From the IMG/VR virus record IMGVR_UViG_3300029318_000016, positions 1 to 44,132 of that record: a DNA stretch of 44,132 nucleotides. One strand, written 5' to 3'. Both the position numbers and the translations under genes were made by a program. Positions 1 to 8,122 of this stretch are shown here, piece after piece (within the stretch, counting starts at the first letter, position 1; each line of letters opens with the position of its first letter). The DNA is from a virus. Its lineage: Duplodnaviria > Caudoviricetes. The notes below the pieces were generated by a model. It saw only the letters and a list, made by a program, of their open reading frames with translations. It did not search any database and had not been told where the DNA came from.

Positions 1-32
1 TCCATTTCTTGTAAATTGCTACCAACGGACAT
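1..32 (-). CDS. gp22: 5' end of prohead core scaffold protein gp22 (truncated by window)
   Basis: Hand translation from ATG at 32 gives MSVGSNLQEM...; lies directly after gp21 and is preceded by TATAAATA at 64-71; matches the T4 gene order 21-22. Confidence 0.7.
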   Translation of the reverse strand, partial: MSVGSNLQEM

Positions 33-63
33 TTGATTATTAGATTTTGTATTAATCTATATT

Positions 64-71
64 TATTTATA
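64..71 (-). promoter_or_regulatory. T4-type (gp55) late promoter TATAAATA
   Basis: Plus strand tatttata at 64-71, about 30 nt upstream of the gp22 ATG. Confidence 0.8.
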
Positions 72-73
72 AA

Positions 74-724
74 TTAAAGATTTGATAAGAAATCATTCCA
101 TAACTGGAGTTTGTGTTCTTCAAGTCTGTTTTGATCGACGAGAGTATTAATTCTCTTCTGTGTCTTTTCTGCGAGTTGTTCACGGAGAATTCCACCGTCC
201 CATACCCACTCTTTTCCTTCCATAATTCCTGATACAAAAGCATCGGGAGCAGAAGGATCGGCAACGATATCAGCAGCAGTTGCTAACATGAAATCTTCAC
301 CAACAACTTTATGACCTTCATTTGTAGTTCTTAATGAACCAACACCACGGGAAGAAACACCAAGCATGACACCTTCACCAATAAGAGATTTTGCAATCTT
401 ACCCATTGGAGTGTCAAGAATTTGTGCTTTGCCTCTAAAATTTGTTCCTTCTTTAGTAAGAGAAACAATCTTATGGGAAACACGATCTAGGTTTACAGTA
501 GGTCCATCAGGATGGCCAAGTTCACCTAAAGCACGTCCTTTTGAAACAAAAGATTCATTGTATCTACCAACCTCTTTCTCAAGAGTGCTCATAGGATACA
601 TTCTACCATTACGGTTTTTAATATCACCTTGAAGGAAAACTCCTTCAATATACATCTTCCTGGCAGAACCTTTGCCTTCGACGACAAATTCTACTTTTGA
701 AATTTCTTCTGTGATGAGTTTCAT
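74..724 (-). CDS. gp21: Prohead core protease gp21
   Basis: MKLITE start, NRNGRMYP, ALGELGHP (catalytic His region), GVSSRGVGS (catalytic Ser), DIVADPSAPDA; synteny. Confidence 0.97.
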   Translation of the reverse strand: MKLITEEISKVEFVVEGKGSARKMYIEGVFLQGDIKNRNGRMYPMSTLEKEVGRYNESFVSKGRALGELGHPDGPTVNLDRVSHKIVSLTKEGTNFRGKAQILDTPMGKIAKSLIGEGVMLGVSSRGVGSLRTTNEGHKVVGEDFMLATAADIVADPSAPDAFVSGIMEGKEWVWDGGILREQLAEKTQKRINTLVDQNRLEEHKLQLWNDFLSNL

Positions 725-728
725 ATTC

Positions 729-989
729 TTATGAGATGTTGTATGCTACTTTTACGACTTTTACTGAAGTACCTTGCGAGGCTGCTTCAAGAGTGTCGGT
801 TGGATCTTTTTCCAATACAACACTTTCTTTAGTATCAACTGTCAAACTACCAACGGTATCTCCACCGGAAGTTTTTCTGGTTATAACCAGAGCAGCGGTA
901 TGACTGTTATGAAGTCTAACCACGGTTGCATTGTCAACATTGGAGGCAGCATTTAAATTTCCTTCTGCTGCCAGAACTTTAATAATCAT
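729..989 (-). CDS. Small hypothetical protein in head-gene cluster
   Basis: 86-aa ORF between portal and protease; ATGA overlap with the upstream ORF. Confidence 0.8.
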   Translation of the reverse strand: MIIKVLAAEGNLNAASNVDNATVVRLHNSHTAALVITRKTSGGDTVGSLTVDTKESVVLEKDPTDTLEAASQGTSVKVVKVAYNIS

Positions 990-1162
990 TCCTCTGGTTC
1001 CTCTTCTGTGTCTAAATTGGAATCATCAAACATGGATGCACCAACTGTTGGACGAATAGTATTAATTCGTTCTGATGCTTTCGCATACAAAACATCCTTA
1101 ATTTTGTCACTAATATCGGATGCAGACGAATCTGACCCGATCAAATTTACAATTTCTTCCAT
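986..1162 (-). CDS. 58-aa acidic protein, positional equivalent of T4 gp67/gp68 core proteins (not in ORF track)
   Basis: Hand translation MEEIVNLIGSDSSASDISDKIKDVLYAKASERINTIRPTVGASMFDDSNLDTEEEPEE*; follows the late promoter at 1188-1195; its TGA overlaps the next ATG. Confidence 0.8.
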   Translation of the reverse strand: MEEIVNLIGSDSSASDISDKIKDVLYAKASERINTIRPTVGASMFDDSNLDTEEEPEE

Positions 1163-1187
1163 GAAAATTTATAATAACTATATTTTC

Positions 1188-1195
1188 TATTTATA
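1188..1195 (-). promoter_or_regulatory. Late promoter TATAAATA overlapping the gp20 stop codon
   Basis: Exact consensus, 26 nt upstream of the ATG at 1162. Confidence 0.8.
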
Positions 1196-2855
1196 TCTCA
1201 GCAGCTTTGCCGTCTGCCTCGGTATATCCATTTGCATTGATGTCGGGATCTTCATCAGTGGGAACGTTACCCATCAATCCTTGCTCACCTTCTTGTGGTA
1301 AAGGTTCTCCTGTAATCGGATCTACTGCACTTGGATCTGGAATAACTCCATCTTTAATTTCTTTCTCAATTTGTTCATCCATTTCAATCTGTTCAGAATC
1401 AGTTTGACGAAGAACTTTACTGCGAACCCATTGAGTTGAATAATACTTACCAATGTAAGGTTCGATTGTTGCGAGAACACCAAGTCTCTCATTCAACATT
1501 TCAGTTTCTTTGAGTTCTGCAAACTGATTGTCATACAGGAAGTCATATTGAATGTGATCGGAAATTTTATCCCAATCTTCTGGACTTACGATATTTTTGA
1601 GAATCAGTTGAGTCTTCAGCATATCACTGAATAACTGTGCGAATCTTTTCCTTAAACGTCCAACAAACTTGGCAAATTTAAGTTCATCTCTTAAAATTTC
1701 AGAAGAACGACCAAGATTGAAACCACCATCAGCAGCAATTCTTGATTCGGGAACTCCGAGTGATCTATACAATTTCTTTTGGAAATATTCAATATCAGAA
1801 AGTTCTCCAAGATTCTGTCCACCTGGAAGAGTTGTGATTTCAGTTCCACGACCACCTTCTCTTCTAGGAAGCCAGAAGTCTTCCATCATAGACATGAACT
1901 TGCGGTCATCTCTAACTTCACCAGTGTTTGCATCATACACAAGTTTGTTACGATAACGCATCATAACATCACGAAGATATTGCTCTGCCTTTACTTTGGG
2001 AAGATTACCAACATCAATGTAGAAAATTCTACGTTCTGGTGCTCTTGATAATCTGTAAATGACAAGAGAATCCTCAATCATTCTCAACTGATTGAGAGAC
2101 TTGATTGCTTTATGAAGATAAGAAAGAACATTTCCTTTATTTCTATCTACAAGACCAGAAGTACAATAAGTGATCGCATCTTTTGCAATTTTAGTACCCT
2201 TTGATCCACCACCACCTGCTAAGTTATTAGTTGGATATGCAGGTTTTGGAGTATAGAGGAAATATTCTTCAATTTCTGGAGCAATTCCATTCTTAGATTC
2301 ATCTCTACTTGGAATATTTGGTCCAATAAGATTTCTATCTTTTTTCTTTTCTTGGCGGATAAACCGCATTTTCATTGGATCAATATACCTCAGTTCTTTA
2401 ATTCCTTCTTGAGGATTTTTGAGATCGATTACTTTGTGATAATATAACCTACCATCAATATACCAATTTCTAAAAATTTCGTGAGATTTTTTATCAAAGT
2501 CTAAGAGTTCTTTGATATACTTAAATTCTTCTCTAATTGCCTTCTTTAACTTATCTGTTGCATTTAAGTTGGAAAGTTCGATTTCAATAGGAGAATCGTA
2601 AAGGTCACTAACAAGTGCCTCATTAACAACATCTTCTATCGCACCATCTGCTTCCGGATGGAGAGACATTTCTCTGTATCTCTTAATTAAATCAAATTCT
2701 GTTCTATATTGTCCTTCAATATCTACATACGAACCATAAAATCCACTGCTAATATAGTTATCAACCCCGTCCTCGTTATTTTCGGGGACGGGGGAAACTA
2801 TAGTCTTGGATTTTTTTTCTGTATCCTCAATAGAAAAACCAAAAAGTTTTGCCAT
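1191..2855 (-). CDS. gp20: Portal vertex protein gp20
   Basis: Motifs YRLSRAPERRIFYIDVGNLPK, MEDFWLPRREGGRGTEITTLPGGQNLG, EILRDELKF. Confidence 0.99.
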   Translation of the reverse strand: MAKLFGFSIEDTEKKSKTIVSPVPENNEDGVDNYISSGFYGSYVDIEGQYRTEFDLIKRYREMSLHPEADGAIEDVVNEALVSDLYDSPIEIELSNLNATDKLKKAIREEFKYIKELLDFDKKSHEIFRNWYIDGRLYYHKVIDLKNPQEGIKELRYIDPMKMRFIRQEKKKDRNLIGPNIPSRDESKNGIAPEIEEYFLYTPKPAYPTNNLAGGGGSKGTKIAKDAITYCTSGLVDRNKGNVLSYLHKAIKSLNQLRMIEDSLVIYRLSRAPERRIFYIDVGNLPKVKAEQYLRDVMMRYRNKLVYDANTGEVRDDRKFMSMMEDFWLPRREGGRGTEITTLPGGQNLGELSDIEYFQKKLYRSLGVPESRIAADGGFNLGRSSEILRDELKFAKFVGRLRKRFAQLFSDMLKTQLILKNIVSPEDWDKISDHIQYDFLYDNQFAELKETEMLNERLGVLATIEPYIGKYYSTQWVRSKVLRQTDSEQIEMDEQIEKEIKDGVIPDPSAVDPITGEPLPQEGEQGLMGNVPTDEDPDINANGYTEADGKAAEI

Positions 2856-2884
2856 AGTATAAACTGACTAGACTGTTATTTTAC

Positions 2885-2891
2885 TATTTAG
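2885..2891 (-). promoter_or_regulatory. Variant late promoter CTAAATA upstream of gp20
   Basis: Overlaps the gp19 stop, about 30 nt before the gp20 ATG, the same spacing as the other late boxes. Confidence 0.55.
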
Positions 2892-3481
2892 CTAATGTCT
2901 TCACCACCAGATTGAGCACTGGATCCTTTAAATGCTTCCCAATAATGGACTTGCATCTCTACAGTAAACTCCTGAATAGTATCAGTAGTTTCATAGTTCA
3001 GATCAATAGTGGAAATATTAGTTGGGAAAATATCCCAGAACTTATAAGATCTAAGAACTGAACCATCACGATCAAACTGTTTTACAACAGCATCTTTTTG
3101 ATAATCCACAGGATTTGTGAGTCCTGTTCCATCAGTCATTTTGTTGATTGAATTCATCCATTTTTCCATTGCGGAACGAATGGAGAAATCAACATCATTG
3201 ATAACAGTGATCGTCCATGTTTCAAAAGTTCTGTCTCCGGCAACTTTCAGAATACGACCTCTGAAAGGAATATCAATGTTAGCAATCGTAGAGGCAGGCA
3301 GTGCCGCTGCCTTTACGAGAAATCTAGATTTTTGGAGAACATCATTATCAATAGCAACAGCACTTGGGAATGCTAATTCAACTTCAAATAGATTGGGTCT
3401 TGCACCACCACCAGTTAATTTACTTTTAAAATCACTGATTGTTCTTACTGGTGAGGTATTACGTTGTTGGCGACTAGGCAT
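2888..3481 (-). CDS. gp19: Tail tube protein gp19
   Basis: GGGARPNLFEV, FRGRILKVAGDRTFETWTITVIND; synteny. Confidence 0.97.
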   Translation of the reverse strand: MPSRQQRNTSPVRTISDFKSKLTGGGARPNLFEVELAFPSAVAIDNDVLQKSRFLVKAAALPASTIANIDIPFRGRILKVAGDRTFETWTITVINDVDFSIRSAMEKWMNSINKMTDGTGLTNPVDYQKDAVVKQFDRDGSVLRSYKFWDIFPTNISTIDLNYETTDTIQEFTVEMQVHYWEAFKGSSAQSGGEDIS

Positions 3482-3500
3482 TTTTCTTTAAACCTCTAAA

Positions 3501-6164
3501 TTAAACGTTACCGATTACTTCTTCAAATGAAACACCAGTTCTGGTGGCAACAAATGTAAGACCAATGAAGTTGATTGATCTTGCAGGTTTGATGAAGATT
3601 TCTGCCACAAACTCATTATTATCTATAACTGCGGCAGTATTGTTTGTTTCGTCGCAGATGACGACATAATCTTGAATACCTCGTTTTGCCTGAACATCAC
3701 GGAGGAATGGTTCAACAATATTTACAAAATTGGTTCTTGTAATCTCATCATTGAACTCAAAAAGTTGATCTCTTGCGGCAGCAGAGATTGAATCTTCAAG
3801 GAAGATAAACAATCTACGAACGTTAATACGATCAAATGCCGATGCCTTAGCAAGTCCAGTCTTATCACCGAAGAGTGTAATACCACCACCAGGTGAAACA
3901 ATAACTGGATTGATTCTATTTGAATAAAGTCTATCTCTTTGCGTTTGAGAAGGATTGTAAGTCAGTTTTACTGCATTAAGAATTGCACCTCTCGTAGTTC
4001 CGGCAGGTGAGAACCATGGGAAGTTATCAATATCATTGCGAGCACAAAGACCAGCAATGTCTCCATTTAATGGAACATAACGGAATGTGTTTGCAAATCT
4101 ATCATACATGTACTTATATCCACTATCAAAGATTGCATAAGAAGATGAAGTTACTGGTGCAAAGAAATTTAATACATTTTGTGTAATAGTTTCATCATCA
4201 TTAACTGTTACATCTCCAACACCTGTTTCTGTGAGGAATGCTTTTCTGTATGGTGAAATGAATGCTAGTGCGTCCTTTCTCGTATCAGCAACTGCAATTA
4301 ATTGATTTGCAAGTGCTTGTGCTTGAGATTCTGCATAATTAGCAGATCCCATCATTAGGAAATCTACCTTAAAGTTTTCTGTATTTTCAAATAAAGTGTA
4401 TCCTGAGACCAGTTTGCTTAAATCTACAGAAAGTGCATTATTACTAGTAATTGTCGAACCACCGTCATAATTTTTACCTCCAGATAGAACTCCATCGAAT
4501 TTACCAATAGTATTGAAGATAATTCCTTCTGCATTTTGGTCCCAATTTGCTCCAGTCACTGGAGTATATCCACCAGCAGCAAATCCGGTTTTTTCAGTTC
4601 CAGATGGTTCATCACCACCAAAAACAAATGCTGAATTTGTTTTCAGATAAGATCTCCAATAAGAAGGTGATCCTGCAGAGAATTCTGCATCTTTTGCTTT
4701 GGAAAGACTGAGATGTTTTTCGAGAATTGTTCCAGCATTTCCGGTAACTTTACCTTCACCATCAATAATTACAACATGAACTTCATCAAATCTTGCTCCT
4801 CTATCAGTAGCATATTGTGAGGTTCCAGGACTATCTGAAATAGTGTTCCAAGGTTGAGTGGTGACCTCAGTTGATCCACCAACTACTGCTTTAGAAATTG
4901 CAATTGTTTGTTGTGAGAACCAGTCTTTGACTGCTGTTGGAGTTTGTTCTGTAGTGCTTCCATTATTAAATCCGGTGACTAAAATATTTTCAGTACCGAT
5001 ATCTAAAATACCACCAGTATTAACTTTTGCACTAAGATCTGCTGTAGTCGTTATTCCAATATTAGTTTCAGTAGCACTGAGTTCGGTGGTTACTGTTCCA
5101 ACACTAGCATTCTTTTTAAGATATTTGACTGTAGCACCATCAGTATGGATGCCTCCTGATGTATTGACCTGAGCTCTTGTCACTCCGGTAATTTGACCTA
5201 CTCCGATAGTCGCACCACTAAGAGAAATGATTTCATTTCCTATTGATAAGAAATCGTTTGCAGTAACAGTAATATTTGCAGTCGCAATACCAATAGTAGT
5301 TGCAGTAGCACTTAATGACGATCCACCTGGCATATCAAGAGTTACTGAACTCTCTAAGAAATATGAATCAATAGATGCTCCTGCAGCATGTGTGGTAGCA
5401 GTAGAAACAAGTGCACCTCTAGTGCCATTTGCAGAAGTTGTTCCCGCACCTGCACCAACAAATAGTGTTGCAACACCATTTGAGAACTTGTAATTTCCAC
5501 CGTTTTGATAATCTTTAGCAGTTTCAGTATTTCCTGAAGATACATGAGAGAGGAATTTTACTGATACATCAGTTCCATCAATCTCTGTAACAATTCCTTT
5601 AAAGTATCCATCAAGTTCAGTAGTGCTTCCAGGACCAGGAACTATAATTCCTGCAGCTGATTGAGACACACCCAAACCAACTGTTATTCCGGATGTACTC
5701 GCAACACTAATAATTTGATCTGCTCTTCCATCGATAATACCAATTCTGATTCCATCTGCCCAAGATCCTGGATTCTTGGCAACAAATGTTTTATTGGTAA
5801 TTACGTTTTCATCGTATTGAAGTTGTTCGTAATGTTCAATACTCTTAATTTTGATTGAACTTCCTGAACCCACATAAGCATTCTGAAGTTGATCATCGTC
5901 TGCTCTGACGACTCTCATTTGAGCACCATATGCCAGATAAGAAGAAGCAGTGAGCCAATGCTCATAGTGCTTATCATTACCGTATGGTTTTCCAAAATTA
6001 TCAAGTAAACCTTTTTCCGATCCTACTACTGTTGGAAGTTCAACAGGTCCTTGTGCAAAAGGAGCGACAAGGCCACCAACCTTTGCAGAAGATGGATCAA
6101 CTCTTCCTACAGTAAGGTCAACTTCCCTTACTTTAATTCCAGGAGATGCTAAATTTAATGGCAT
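3501..6164 (-). CDS. gp18: Tail sheath protein gp18, with an inserted Thr/Gly-rich domain
   Basis: SPGIKVREVDLT N-terminus; PWFSPAG, FGDKT, FDRINVRRLF, FEFNDEITR, IKPARSINFI C-terminal sheath motifs. Confidence 0.98.
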   Translation of the reverse strand: MPLNLASPGIKVREVDLTVGRVDPSSAKVGGLVAPFAQGPVELPTVVGSEKGLLDNFGKPYGNDKHYEHWLTASSYLAYGAQMRVVRADDDQLQNAYVGSGSSIKIKSIEHYEQLQYDENVITNKTFVAKNPGSWADGIRIGIIDGRADQIISVASTSGITVGLGVSQSAAGIIVPGPGSTTELDGYFKGIVTEIDGTDVSVKFLSHVSSGNTETAKDYQNGGNYKFSNGVATLFVGAGAGTTSANGTRGALVSTATTHAAGASIDSYFLESSVTLDMPGGSSLSATATTIGIATANITVTANDFLSIGNEIISLSGATIGVGQITGVTRAQVNTSGGIHTDGATVKYLKKNASVGTVTTELSATETNIGITTTADLSAKVNTGGILDIGTENILVTGFNNGSTTEQTPTAVKDWFSQQTIAISKAVVGGSTEVTTQPWNTISDSPGTSQYATDRGARFDEVHVVIIDGEGKVTGNAGTILEKHLSLSKAKDAEFSAGSPSYWRSYLKTNSAFVFGGDEPSGTEKTGFAAGGYTPVTGANWDQNAEGIIFNTIGKFDGVLSGGKNYDGGSTITSNNALSVDLSKLVSGYTLFENTENFKVDFLMMGSANYAESQAQALANQLIAVADTRKDALAFISPYRKAFLTETGVGDVTVNDDETITQNVLNFFAPVTSSSYAIFDSGYKYMYDRFANTFRYVPLNGDIAGLCARNDIDNFPWFSPAGTTRGAILNAVKLTYNPSQTQRDRLYSNRINPVIVSPGGGITLFGDKTGLAKASAFDRINVRRLFIFLEDSISAAARDQLFEFNDEITRTNFVNIVEPFLRDVQAKRGIQDYVVICDETNNTAAVIDNNEFVAEIFIKPARSINFIGLTFVATRTGVSFEEVIGNV

Positions 6165-6199
6165 CTTGTTTGTCCTCGCAATCCAAATTTATCTAAAAA

Positions 6200-6207
6200 T
6201 ATTTATG
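6200..6207 (-). promoter_or_regulatory. Late promoter CATAAATA for gp18
   Basis: NATAAATA 36 nt upstream of the gp18 ATG; GAGGA Shine-Dalgarno between them. Confidence 0.7.
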
Positions 6208-6245
6208 GAAAGGTGTATTTTCAGTGGGGAAACTGTGCGTGATAC

Positions 6246-6470
6246 TTACCAATCAGGATATTCCCATCCAACTATCCTTTTCTTTTTATTTTTATTAACT
6301 CTTTTCTTTGTGCATAGTTTACATTCATAAGAATATGCTGATGCTAATGTCCCTCTATCTTTTCTAGTAAGATAAAAGTCATCAAGTAAACTTTTAACTT
6401 CTCCACATACTCTACATTTACGATCAAAGAATAGCAGATGCTCTAGTTCAACTTGATCGTCAAAATCCAT
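6246..6470 (-). CDS. Small CxxC...CxxC zinc-finger protein
   Basis: CRVC...FY...CKLC followed by a basic tail; TAATG coupling to terL. Confidence 0.8.
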   Translation of the reverse strand: MDFDDQVELEHLLFFDRKCRVCGEVKSLLDDFYLTRKDRGTLASAYSYECKLCTKKRVNKNKKKRIVGWEYPDW

Positions 6471-8116
6471 TACCTATAATCCCACATATAAGAACGGTCA
6501 CCATATTCATCGGAATACCATCTATCACCATCATTATCTACAAAGGTAGTTTCATCATTAAATCCATCAGAGATAAATCCAAATGGTGCCATATCCTGTT
6601 CTATTTGATTTTTTTGCTCTTCATAAATTCTTTTACGAATATCAGTTTCAGTCATCTCCTTAAAATAGTCTTGTGCAACTAACCATGCAAAAAGAACAAG
6701 ACACATTGCAAGGTCATCATTACATCCTTCCTCTGCTTCAAAAGAATTATGTCTTTGAGCAAAAGTCGTTAGTTCTGAAATAATTTCATAGTCTAGAGTA
6801 AGTAATTTAAATTCTTCAATGAGAGTTTTTAAGTTGGAGCATCCAAGTTTTTTGACGGCAGATGTTGTCCTAACTCCAAGTTGAGTTTTACTTCCAGAAA
6901 ATCCCTGACCGACAACTTGTCCATTTCTCCCTCTCATCGATGACATAAGAATATTTTCATATTCCAAATCATAATGAAGAATACTTGCTACTTGATCTCC
7001 AATATCATTAACTTCTACTAATAACCAAGCATTATTATATCCTTTCGCAACATCTAAAATGATGTTAGGAAATAACATGGGTTTAATTTCATTATTTCTA
7101 TATTTTGCAACTACCTTGTAGGGGAATTCTGTAATATCAAATACGATAAATGCAGAATAATCGTTGCCCAACCCACGAGCAACATCAATGGTAAGTAAGT
7201 AGTTGTGGTCTTTTTGCGCTTCTTCGTAAACATCTAAACCCGCATTTCTCTGTATGGGATTTTCATATACTAGGCTTTTGAGAATTGTTGGATTTATAAG
7301 GGTATTGACAGAACCAAGAAACTCACACTCGAACTCAACTCTGAATTGCTGTTCTGATGTATTAGCAATCGTCTGTTCTTTCCATACTTCATCTCTTCCA
7401 GGAACCTCGGACCAATGAACATCAGTCGGAACGTATTCATTTTTACCTCTCTCTGCGTCATGCCACATACGGTAGAAATGATTCATACCGTGTGGAGTGG
7501 ATACGATAATTACTTTGGTGTTTTGACCAGAAGTAATAGTAGGATAAACAGAGGCAAAGAACGAGTCAGCAACGTGGTTTGGGACGAATGCGAACTCGTC
7601 GAGAAAGAGGATGTTAAACGACATACCTCGGACAGCACTAGCAGACGTAGATGCTGCCAATATTTTACTGCCATTTTCCAACTCCATTGAACCTTTATTC
7701 CAGGATATGATACCCTGTTGCATCCATTTAGGCAAGTTCTCATAAGCAGTTTGTAATCTGCTTAAAAGTTCTCTTGCAGTTGCTGCTTTGTTTGCCAAAA
7801 TACCAATATTTACACTGTCGTTAAAAACGGCATAATGTAAAAGATATGACACCACTGTAGTAGATTTACCAGTTTGTCGTGGCATCTTACAGATATTAAA
7901 TCTGTTATTATGAAAATTATGAATTAGTTTTTCTTGGAAGTCATATGGATGAAACTGTGTCAGACCTTCATCAAGAGAAACAATCTTAATGTAGTTATTA
8001 GCAAAATACACCGGATCTTCTTTACATCTGAGAAACTCAATGACTTGCTCCTCAGTGAATTGGATCGGTGTATTTGCTTTTTTTAGATTAGGATTACCAA
8101 GATATACTTCACTCAT
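6470..8116 (-). CDS. gp17: Terminase large subunit gp17
   Basis: YLGNPNLKK, PRQTGKST (Walker A), FLDEFAF (Walker B), VSTPHG, IDVARG and NDDLAM nuclease motifs. Confidence 0.99.
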   Translation of the reverse strand: MSEVYLGNPNLKKANTPIQFTEEQVIEFLRCKEDPVYFANNYIKIVSLDEGLTQFHPYDFQEKLIHNFHNNRFNICKMPRQTGKSTTVVSYLLHYAVFNDSVNIGILANKAATARELLSRLQTAYENLPKWMQQGIISWNKGSMELENGSKILAASTSASAVRGMSFNILFLDEFAFVPNHVADSFFASVYPTITSGQNTKVIIVSTPHGMNHFYRMWHDAERGKNEYVPTDVHWSEVPGRDEVWKEQTIANTSEQQFRVEFECEFLGSVNTLINPTILKSLVYENPIQRNAGLDVYEEAQKDHNYLLTIDVARGLGNDYSAFIVFDITEFPYKVVAKYRNNEIKPMLFPNIILDVAKGYNNAWLLVEVNDIGDQVASILHYDLEYENILMSSMRGRNGQVVGQGFSGSKTQLGVRTTSAVKKLGCSNLKTLIEEFKLLTLDYEIISELTTFAQRHNSFEAEEGCNDDLAMCLVLFAWLVAQDYFKEMTETDIRKRIYEEQKNQIEQDMAPFGFISDGFNDETTFVDNDGDRWYSDEYGDRSYMWDYR

Positions 8117-8122
8117 AAACTA

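Noticed and set aside
1191-8116. Introns or inteins in portal, sheath or terminase
   Set aside because: The ORFs are continuous. gp17 and gp20 have ordinary lengths, and the gp18 insert lacks intein C/S...HN ends and LAGLIDADG motifs.
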